64,000 nt of DNA from Chrysomallon squamiferum (taxonomy: Eukaryota; Animalia; Mollusca): contig CM022679.1 in the NCBI GenBank assembly GCA_012295275.1, forward strand, positions 30,814,001-30,878,000, in the 5' to 3' direction. The notes beneath the pieces are model-generated. The model was given only the letters and a program-made list of their open reading frames with translations. It searched no databases and was not told the DNA's origin. The position numbers and the translations under genes were made by a program. Below are positions 55,019 to 64,000 of the stretch, in pieces. Positions within the stretch are counted from its first letter, which is position 1; each line of letters starts with the position of its first letter.

Positions 55019-55510
55019 GTTACATTATAATTTATTATTTAAGCAAAAAACATAGACATAAACAAATACACACCAACACAAAGACAGAATATTTACAAAA
55101 GATAATTATATTGTAATTAAGTCATAAAAGTATTTTAAAAAGATAATTATATTGTAATTAAGTCATAAAGATATTTTAAAAAGATAATTATATTGTAATT
55201 AAGTCATAAAGATATTTTAAAAAGATACTTGCAGTGCAAGAGGTCCGCTCCCCTTGGCAGATGATCTGTTAAAAAATATACATACATATTTATATCATTA
55301 AATTTAATATGAGTAAAAAAATTACAATAAATTTGAATACTGATAACATACACACATACTCACTGACAGAAATACACTATGTAATGACATAAACATGCAA
55401 AATTTGGGCATACAAAATGTATTTTTCTTTAATTTTTCTTTATTATTATTATTGGTATTGTTGTTATTGTTTTAGTTTTAATTTTATATATAACATTTAC
55501 TATTATTATA

Positions 55511-55548
<38 letters not shown>

Positions 55549-55941
55549 GTTACATTACTTCAGGAACACTTTTAAATATAAAATACAAACTTGTGTTGTA
55601 AATCTTCAGCCACATATAGTGCATATGGATTTGTGAGCGCTACAAAAAAAAAAAAATTTCAAAATATTTAATGAAGTAAATAAAAAGAATTTCAAAAAGT
55701 ATATTTAACAGAATTAATTTAAACATGGGAGAATAATAATGTCACTATTATGACAATGGCTTTTCCTTCTTCGTTTTCTGGGAAGTCAAAAATAAATTAT
55801 TTATAAAAGAGATAAGCTTTATTACAGTTTATAACTTATATAATGAAAGTTTATGAGTAAACCTAGTAATTTAATGTTAATATTGTTAATAAATTTGTTA
55901 CGATTAACGTTTAGTAAACTACACATATATTTTATGAGGCA

Positions 55942-55974
<33 letters not shown>

Positions 55975-56270
55975 CATTCTAAGACTCTAGTATACTAACA
56001 AATTCCATGAATCGGGTAAGGCTTAGCGTCTGATAAAATGAAAGTAGACTTTCGACTATGGTCACTATCCTCTATGATCTAACTCGGTAAAAGACTGCCA
56101 ACAGAAACCACGAAGCGAGACTAAACTGCATACTTATTATTACAAATATAAAAACAGATGAAAGCATTACCTTTTGGTGACACTTTTTTGGTTTCCTCAA
56201 ATTTAAAAGGATATTTAAACAATAATCTTTCGCCCCGAGTCCCCGACGTTACCAATATTACTCCGAGCAT
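44698..56270 (-). CDS. NPRL3: GATOR1 complex subunit NPRL3; 14 coding exons, ~579 aa
   Basis: Exons in transcript order: 56270-56171, 55639-55591, 55265-55233, 54797-54617, 53972-53819, 52879-52804, 52703-52589, 51789-51755, 51089-50933, 49346-49240, 48803-48674, 46862-46640, 46056-45834, 44854-44698. Peptides [91 protein letters not shown] and [16 protein letters not shown] are hallmark NPRL3 motifs. Two donors are GC. Confidence 0.96.
45278..45790. repeat. Degenerate ~25-bp minisatellite in the last NPRL3 intron
   Basis: Recurrent CTAGGATA(C/T)AGT(G/A)(A/G)(G/A)TACT(G/A)CATCA units. Confidence 0.75.
47697..48030. mobile_element. Tc1/mariner-pogo (Tigger-like) MITE, copy B (in NPRL3 intron, CpG-decayed)
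   Basis: Degenerate TIR CAGGTACTGGACCAATTATC ... GATAATTGGTTCCATGCCTG with TA on both flanks. Internal sequence is alignable to 43627-43873 plus ~90 extra bp. Confidence 0.85.
49808..50660 (-). mobile_element. Possible decayed hAT-type DNA transposon fragment
   Basis: The minus strand near 49990-50110 gives frameshifted W..D....C-x2-C-x-K..FSILNVG, resembling a BED-type zinc finger. AAGAACATT(C) motifs cluster on both sides (49826-49843, 50515-50640). Confidence 0.3.
52280..52529. mobile_element. Tigger4/MER46-like MITE in NPRL3 intron
   Basis: TIR CAGGTTG..ATCC.TTATCCAAAA ... TTTTGGATAAGGTATCCTCAACCTG, with subterminal TTTGGATTTT repeats. Confidence 0.75.
55095..55228. repeat. ~41-bp tandem repeat x3 abutting the donor of NPRL3 exon 3
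   Basis: AAAAGATAATTATATTGTAATTAAGTCATAAAGATATTTT units. Confidence 0.9.
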
Positions 56271-56529
56271 GTTCGAAGTGGTAACTGACAAGCGGATGTG
56301 ACCGTCGATTTGAATAAAGGCGAACGCGAATAGGTGTACGGAACTGATACTAGTAAAACGCGGATCTGTTCAGATCATAATATTTTGAGCTAAATTATTA
56401 TGTGTGTGCGAGCGCGCGCTCGCGTGTGTGTGTGTGTAAGTTATGATAGATGAAGAAATTAACCGCACTTCTACGGGATACGAGCATTTTTATTTTTAAA
56501 AAATAATAATAATAAACACATTATATATA

Positions 56530-56866
56530 CAGCAGTACCTGTCTTTAGCGGCCACCTACATTATACGGGCACTTTTTATGAATCCGATTGTTTGTCGATG
56601 GACAGACTTTTTTGAAAATGTGTATTCCACTGCTAAAGCGCACTGTATTACCGATTTGGATTTTTTGAAAGAATAAATAATTTCAGGCAGCTTTAAACGA
56701 TATTTTTAACGATGGCGTCGCCCATATCCTGCCGATTTGCAGGGATTTTGCTTTGTCCGAAAATAAATGCAATTTCATTGTTGTGGTACATAATTTTCAT
56801 AATTTAATCATCAAACATGCATATTTATGTTTTATAAATACCGCGGCTTAACACAAATAGGAGCTG
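56530..56866. mobile_element. Possible degenerate Tc1/mariner-type MITE upstream of NPRL3
   Basis: Starts TA|CAGCAGTACCTGTCTTTAGCGGCCACCT and ends with a weakly complementary GCGGCTTAACAC..GCTG|TA. Confidence 0.35.
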
Positions 56867-58289
56867 TATTTGTCATTCAAACGCAATCTTTTGTAAATAT
56901 ATATATATATATAAATATAAAACATCTTTTATTAAATGATTAATTTATTACTGTTACTTTACGTTTTCAATTAATATATAATTTTATATACCGTATGTGC
57001 GTATTAAAAAAAAAAAGTAAAGAAAATAAAAATTTAATATTCTTTCTTACTTTGATATGTAAACCACTACTGGGCGCCCAGAAGAGCATTACGTGTTCTT
57101 ATAAACAATCTCTGTTAGTTGGAACTTTGGTTCTGTACTTCCAATAACTTGCTCTTTAAGGTAATGACACTTGCAGACCGTCGCCAATGCGTATTTTCAA
57201 TAACTTTTTCTTTTTTTTTTTTTTTTTTTCTTTTTTGATCAACTGGTCCATGTTCGTTTAAGATTGTGAAAATTTATGAAAACAGTTTTAAAGTGCATAC
57301 CTTTTGGTGTTACTGAAAGTCTAAATTTGCTGTTGTTTACAGTTTATGTTTATTAATACATGTTTCTATATTTATTTATTTTGTTCCGATACAATAACAC
57401 AGCTATTGTAACAGACAGGTCAATTAAACCCGGCTATTAATAATGATATGTTATGAAATAAACAGAATGTTGTTCTATACGATTCTGTTTGTAATGATAA
57501 ACAGTTTTTGACCTGTTTGAGTATCCATTTTTTTGTTTTCTTATTTTTTTTTCTTATTCTTATTTTGCTGGCTTCTGGGAAATTATGGCTATATGTTACA
57601 CAATTTGGAATATATCCTTATATTATGTATATATTACTTAAAAACTTAAAGTAATAATAATAATAAATTCGCTGCCTTAACAAAGACGTAGTTGGGCAAT
57701 TTTAACAACAGCAGCAGGCACAGAAAGAAAGTTTAAAAAAATAAAATTAAAAAGAAGAAGAAGAAGAAAGGAAAAGAAAATATTTCTTACTTCTGCGCTT
57801 CAACCAGTTTATGTTATATACTATTTTATCCTGATTAAGAACCAAAACAACATTATGATACTATACAGACCATCCTAATGAATCTACTAATTTTCTCTCT
57901 CTCTTTCTCTCCCTCTCGTTCTCTTTTTCTATATATATAAAAAATAATTAATTTGATTGATATTACCTTCCTTTGAAGACATATAAAACAACAAATTATA
58001 AAACTATGATATGAAAAATAAATAAATAAATTTAAAATAAATTAAAATTAAAAAAATGAAGAAAAAGGGAAAAAATGGGAAAAAAGAAAAGAAACCATGA
58101 TAAATTTCAAATGTAATAAACATTAATATAACAAAATAATCCTGTTGAATATATATATATATATATATTTAGTTGTAATTTTTATTAATTGTCTTTATTG
58201 AAACGTTACGAAGATTTACATTTTAAAATTTGAATATGAATGTCGAAAGCAACATCGCAATAAGAAATAACAGAAAAACAACAACGATT

Positions 58290-58432
58290 GTTGCCATGGA
58301 GAAAGCGGTAGGACTTGAAGTGGACTTTCGCTTGTGAAAAACTAAACGTACGTCACTGAGGCTGTTAGTGCTTATAAAAGTGGAAGTTGTCAAAGACACT
58401 GTTTAGTGCGGAGAGACTGCAAACCAGTAAGT
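58290..58432 (+). promoter_or_regulatory. TATA promoter and short non-coding first exon of the 389-aa gene
   Basis: TATAAAAG at 58373-58380, X-box-like GTTGCCATGGAGAA at 58290-58303 and ACGTCA (CRE-like) at ~58350. Donor CCA|GTAAGT at 58426/58427 pairs with acceptor TTCTTTCTCAAAG| at 59085/59086. Confidence 0.6.
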
Positions 58433-59336
58433 ATTCGAAACTTTTCTTAAGTGTTCTTCTTTGAATTTATTTATTCTATATATTGGCTTGCTATTTCACT
58501 TTCTTATTATTAATTTGTTTTACATGTATATACTGATTCTTCATTTTCTTAGTTAGATAAATAAATAAATAAATAAATAAATGAAGAAAGAAAGAAAGAG
58601 ACAAAAATGAAAGAAAACAGTAATAGCAACAACAACAACAATAATAATAACTTAAGAATTAAGTCTATTTCCCTAATTTTGCTCCTTTTTTTTTATACGT
58701 GTGTGTGTATGTAGGTGTGTGCGTGTGTGTAGAGGTGTGTATGTATATATATATATTATTACACATACATACATACATATATTATTTCTTAAATTATTTT
58801 TTATATAAAAACTTTTGTATAATGAGTGAAACAAATCTAAAAGCGAAAAAAGAAAACTGCCGTTTTAACCTTCTTTATCATGTACCTATCATGGTACGTC
58901 TTTCAATAAAATTAATTAACAACAACTACGAAAACCGAAGTGATGACAAATCCTAAGTGATGCTAAGACAGATTCAGTGAGATCAAAATCTATGATTATT
59001 ATTACTGTGTACATTGTATGAGCGCGCTTGTTTTTGAAACTTGTTTCCTATATTAATATATATATTTTTTCCTTCTTTCTCAAAGGTACTAGTCTTCCAG
59101 AAGAATATTTGAGACATCTGTCACACGGTCAATGTCCTTTGAGATAAACACATTAGACCTATCTCATTAAAGTACAGTTCAGTTTATCGTTCTAAATCTC
59201 AGAAGTTTTTCAGAATATTTGTGGAAAGCACATTTATGATGCAACAAATAAACAGTTCGTTGAAATTAAAATAAACTGCCCATTACTGTAAACATCAGGA
59301 TTAAAAAACAATAAATTTGAAAAAAAAGAAAAGAAA

Positions 59337-60506
59337 ATGTATTGCTATCATTTACCCGAAACTCAGTCGTCTGCACTAAATGCAAACACTTACTCCAACA
59401 TGTACGCGTCGAACTTTAAGTTGGAAGACTGTAACAATGGCAAGCCTTTTAAAGACACAACCGTTAACCGCCAGGAAGCTGTTTCCAGACAGCTTAATTC
59501 GGTTTCTAATTATCTGCCCTTAGATCAGTCTTACGAGTTAATGAATCACATTCCCTCTGTCGCAGACGACTGGAGGAATGCAAATAACCTACACTGTGTA
59601 GACGAGTCATTGTACGCAGCAGCAACAACAACGGCAGTACAGACGCACCCATTCCAACAGAGCCAAGGGTTTTATCCCAACTTGATGAATCAGCAGAATG
59701 CACAATATCTTCCAGGTACAAATTCGACTGGTTCTTTTTACCAAAATCAGCTGGGTGGTCAGAGATCGCCACCTCCTGTTGCCTTTTCACAGAACACTGC
59801 CCACAGTCGGTCCGCAGATAGCAACGTGGGAACCATAAAGCGCAGGAATCCAAGACAGCACAACAACGACGTCGGTAACCTGGAATCTGTGTACAGAAAA
59901 CTGCCACGGCGATCGTCGAAACCAGTAATCTGGGAACAGACGGCGTCCACTCCGAGGACGCCTTTGGCGAATATTCTGACAGACGCGAATGCCGTAGCTC
60001 CAGCGTGGCCCACTAACTCACTAGTCCTGCGAGATCTGCAAAATATTTCCAGCCCGAAGAGTCCGGACACACATCGTCTCTTCTTCGGCAATGATTACGT
60101 GAGTCCCATCGAAGCAAACGAAAATTTGGAAGCACTGATAAAACTGCAGCAACAGATCGCTCCCAGAAAACAGGCAGATCAGTTAAATACGTTCGATCTG
60201 GATTCGCCGAACGACGAGTCCATCTTTGACGGTTTCTACGACAAAGAACGACTGATCGACCTCTTCAAAGAACTGACAGACGACATGAAGCAGTCGAACG
60301 CAGAACTTGCATCAATGAGACAAGACGGACTCGAAGATATCAACATGGATGACTTTGCTGCACTCATCGCTAACCCCAGTATGGTGCGTCAAGAGATGGT
60401 GCAATTTGAAAACAGTATAAGTACTTCCGACAAGGTTTTCGCGTCTCAGAAGCTGCCGTCGTTTGCCACAGCATTCTTGCAAAATACAGGTCCTAAAGGA
60501 GCCTGA
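59337..60506 (+). CDS. Uncharacterised 389-aa protein, largely disordered (Q/N/S/P-rich), with basic NLS-like patches and an acidic helical C-terminus
   Basis: Long uninterrupted, non-repetitive ORF with coding-like GC content inside AT-rich DNA. Good AAA ATG context, upstream spliced 5'UTR and TATA box. No recognisable domain. Confidence 0.8.
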   Translation: MYCYHLPETQSSALNANTYSNMYASNFKLEDCNNGKPFKDTTVNRQEAVSRQLNSVSNYLPLDQSYELMNHIPSVADDWRNANNLHCVDESLYAAATTTAVQTHPFQQSQGFYPNLMNQQNAQYLPGTNSTGSFYQNQLGGQRSPPPVAFSQNTAHSRSADSNVGTIKRRNPRQHNNDVGNLESVYRKLPRRSSKPVIWEQTASTPRTPLANILTDANAVAPAWPTNSLVLRDLQNISSPKSPDTHRLFFGNDYVSPIEANENLEALIKLQQQIAPRKQADQLNTFDLDSPNDESIFDGFYDKERLIDLFKELTDDMKQSNAELASMRQDGLEDINMDDFAALIANPSMVRQEMVQFENSISTSDKVFASQKLPSFATAFLQNTGPKGA

Positions 60507-60884
60507 ATATAAACAATCAAAATCAAAAGAAAAAATGGACGAAACTACAACAACAACAAAAACATTACAGTAATATGGCTTTCTTAACGGAATGAAATTA
60601 AACATAAGTTTCTTTCAACGTTTTGAAAACGTTATTGAATTTTTCTATTTTGATAGAGAGATCAAAATTACTACATATTTTAAATATATATATTTTTATA
60701 TTGATATAGATATTTTTTTACATGTATATTTTATGTAAATACTAATATATTTAGTTGTTTTGTTTTATTTATTTATTTATTTGCGTATTTGTTATATAGG
60801 CTATGTATTGATATTCTGTTTATAGATACAACTCTTATTATTGTTGTTTTTGTTGTTATATTTTTCGATATTATGTAATCGTGC

Positions 60885-60977
60885 AGACTATCTCCTTCTA
60901 TTTAAAAATCCGAAAAATTACAAAATCCAGAACATTTCCTGTCCCGCGTATTTCGTATACTGGATTCTCGGCCAGTA
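60885..60977. mobile_element. Tigger-like MITE end fragment
   Basis: CTATCTCCTT..AAATCCGAAAA..AAATCCAGAACATTTCCTGTCCCG..TTTCG.ATA resembles 63010-63081 and Tigger-type termini. Confidence 0.45.
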
Positions 60978-61285
60978 TTATTTCTGTTTTTTGTTTTTAT
61001 TATAATCAATTATGTTCTTCTGGAAGAAATTATGATTCTGCTCTGATTTTGTTCTGGTTTTGTGATTTGTTTTATTTCTGATTTTCTTGTTTGTTATTGT
61101 TTTTATGTACACAAATGCGCCCATAATCTTGAATTGTTGGATATTTGTAGACTGAAATTTCTGGGGGTGGGGGGGTTGGAGGTTTTTTTTAAATACTGTT
61201 GGTGAAGTGAAAACAATTTTGTGCGTACATGGTTGTGTTAATGCTGCGAGCGAAAGTGGATCTTATCCTTTTATGCACGAAATTC

Positions 61286-61373
<88 letters not shown>

Positions 61374-62170
61374 CGTGAGTGTGTGAATCCGAGGAAGTCT
61401 GTATATTTGTGTCTGACTGCATCTGCATGATTAAAATAAGATAATCACTGATTGTTTTGTTTGCTCATCAAGCTAAATTTGTGATATCATTCATGTAAAA
61501 TTAGTGTTAGTCAGGATAAATCTAAACATCTGGTACTGTGTGCGTCAGGACGTTTAAATGTGTGTATCAGGGTGTATCCAAATGTCTGTTAAGTTGTATC
61601 TCAGATCAGGTTGACACATTGTTTCAGTATGTGTTGTTTTGTTTTTCACTTAATATATTTTCAGTGATTATGATTTATGCTGAATATATTGTTTTTATTT
61701 ATTTATTTATTTGTCTATTTATTTATTTTAGTTGTTTTTTTCATGGTTGGTCCTGGGTATAAGGGTGTTTTTTTTTTTTTTTTTTTTTTTTATTTTACGT
61801 CTACCTCTTTTCATCTTTCACGAATTCATTTGTTTTCTTGCTCTTTTTTCACCCAGAGCATCTGTATATCGACCTCTTTTTATCTCTCTGCCATACACAC
61901 ACGTGCATGTGCATACGCACGATGGTACGAACACACATTTACTTCTTCCGTGAATCTCCGTATCTCTGTTTATGTTTATTTTTATTCTTATTGTTCGTAT
62001 TATTTACCTGCATCTGTAACTATTAAACTTATACACAAATGTATTGTCTCTCCTATGAAATGTTTTTACTTTTGGCTTTGTTTTGTTATTTGGATTGTTA
62101 TCTGGAAATAAAGCAATAAAACTTTTAAATGCTATTTTTTGTTTATTTTATTTGTACATAATATGTATGG

Positions 62171-62432
62171 CAGGGCCAGATTTCCCATATAGGCTTTCTA
62201 GGCTAGCGCCTAGGGCGGCAGTTTATGTTACATAAATTCGTATTTTCCCATTTGATTTATAAATAAATTATTATGTAAACGTAAAACCATGTTTTTGCTT
62301 TCAGTTAGATCAAGTTATAACCATTCATATTATATAAACTAAGTGGGAAGGGTGAGGGGTACTTGCGCCTTGGGGAGGGAGCAGTAAAATTTCTTTAGCC
62401 TATGGGCGGCAAGCACATTAAATCCAACCCTG
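62171..62432. mobile_element. hAT-like MITE
   Basis: Imperfect TIR CAGGGCCAGATTT ... AAATCCAACCCTG with subterminal repeats GCCTA(T)GGGCGGCA near both ends. TSD is not clear because the flanks are (TATG/TACG)n. Confidence 0.6.
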
Positions 62433-62820
62433 TACGTACGTATGTATGTACGTATGTATGTATGTATGTATGTATGTATGTTGTATGTATGTATGTATGT
62501 ATGTATGTATGTATATATATATATATATATTCTCTCTCTCAATCTCTCTGTGTGTGTGTGTGTGTGTGTGTTTGTATATATATATATATATACACACACA
62601 CACATATACATACATACACTTGCACACATACATACATACATACATACATACAAAATACATAAATGTTATGTATATTTTTTATCACTCTCGAAAAAGCTAT
62701 GAATTTCAAGCCGAATGTTTAATATATAATTATTTATATACTACTTGGGTGTGGCTTATTTATGGACGCATAAGATAGCGTACAACGAAGGATTGGCGAA
62801 AACAAGTCGAAGCTGAAAGT

Positions 62821-62834
62821 GTTACCATAGCAAC
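62821..62834. promoter_or_regulatory. RFX X-box motif
   Basis: GTTACCATAGCAAC fits the imperfect-palindrome X-box consensus GTTNCCATRGNAAC and lies in a CpG-containing patch. Confidence 0.55.
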
Positions 62835-63009
62835 GTTGAAATAGAGGTTCATTTTCTAAAAACATTACGTTGTTATTAATCGGCCGATTTGTGTTACCAC
62901 CATTGTTATAATTTGCTAATTCATTTTTTTAAATGTTGTCAGAGAATTAGAGATTATTATTATTATTTTTATTATTATTATTACGGACTGAGGACATCAG
63001 AAGTTCGCG

Positions 63010-63081
63010 CTATCTCCTTATAGTCAGAAAATTCGAAACACTTCCGGTCGCAAAAGTTTCGGACAAAGGTTTCTCAAACTG
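63010..63081. mobile_element. Tigger4-like terminal fragment
   Basis: TTCGAAACACTTCCGGTCGCAAAAGTTTCGGACAAAGGTTTCTCAAACTG|TA resembles the reverse complement of the left end of the 52280 element. Confidence 0.55.
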
Positions 63082-63125
63082 TATGTTTGTCGTCGTTGGT
63101 GTTGTTTTTCACCATCATCATCATC

Positions 63126-63174
<49 letters not shown>

Positions 63175-63736
63175 TTCGTTTTCTACTGAACTGTTATCAT
63201 TACAGTTAATTTTTTTGTTAAACTATTATTACTATTGCAACATCTCTGAATGTAACAGTTATTTATTTTAAAATTTATTTTTTTTTTGTTTAAAGATTTC
63301 ATTCATTTGCTAACGTGGGTCTGTTGAGATTTTGTAACAATATCTCACGAACAGAAATGTAACAAGATGAATATTATATTCCGCTCAAAAATAGCTTATT
63401 AAATAACGTTTCACCTGGTTATAGATCAGTTTATTTCATTTAATAATGGCGAGGCGAGTATCGGTGACTTAAGAATAGACTTAATATGTAGAATGTTCAC
63501 TGATGTGGTATCCAGATATCTACAAGGTGTCTGTCTGTTTGTGTGTGTGTGTGTTTTCTTTTCTTTATATTCTTACCATGTTATTTTGAACTTTCGATCG
63601 TATTACAAATTTGTTGTTTTCATCTTCGTTACCACAACAATTAACAGCTGTTTGACATCTAACAGAAACAAGATGAAAATAGCTCAGAAACAAAATGACA
63701 TTATCATATCTACATTTTATTATCATAATAATAATA

Positions 63737-63767
<31 letters not shown>

Positions 63768-63888
63768 TATCAAGGAAAAGAAAACTAAAGTGATAAAACA
63801 GATGAGGAAAACCTAAGCATGTAATTTTTACTGTTACACTGACAGAGGTGATTATGATATATTTAGAAAAAAAATTAAATAAATACAC

Positions 63889-63932
<44 letters not shown>

Positions 63933-64000
63933 ATTATATAAAACAAACACAGATACTTAAACCTGTAAATGAAAAAAAAAAAAAAAAAAAAAAATTCATG

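Noticed and set aside
55221-55228. GTATCTTT after NPRL3 exon 3 as a U12-type donor
   Set aside because: It gives phase 0, while the next exon needs phase 2, and there is no convincing CCTTAAC branch site. The GC donor 4 nt upstream fits.
56270-64000. Globin genes next to NPRL3, as in the vertebrate alpha-globin locus
   Set aside because: No globin-like exons found. The neighbours are the GPCR and the 389-aa orphan gene.
63890-64000. Minus-strand acceptor-like site near 63963
   Set aside because: Too close to the window edge, embedded in poly-A, and no supportable exon.

Overview
AT-rich, microsatellite-dense eukaryotic (animal) genomic DNA, most likely a lophotrochozoan such as a mollusc (inferred from the GRL101-type receptor, compact introns and mosaic CpG depletion). 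Most listed ORFs are translations of simple repeats. Manual splicing gives four protein-coding genes. (1) A MEI1-like meiotic gene, + strand, 29 coding exons, ~1177 aa, 4839-21704. (2) A GRL101-like LRR-GPCR with a degenerate VWA + C-type lectin + 6 LDLa + LRR ectodomain, a 7TM core and a possibly kinase-derived tail, + strand, 18 coding exons, ~1363 aa, 30304-42671. (3) NPRL3 (GATOR1 subunit), - strand, 14 exons, ~579 aa, 44698-56270, apparently needing two GC-AG introns. (4) An unrecognised 389-aa single-coding-exon gene with a TATA promoter, 59337-60506. Also present are a decayed LINE, several Tigger/pogo-like and hAT-like MITEs and many minisatellites. The most unusual patterns are tandem duplications anchored on splice sites in all three multi-exon genes, and CpG decay that differs between paired MITE copies inside and outside a gene body. 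All gene models were read by eye, and homology calls rest on recalled motifs, not searches.
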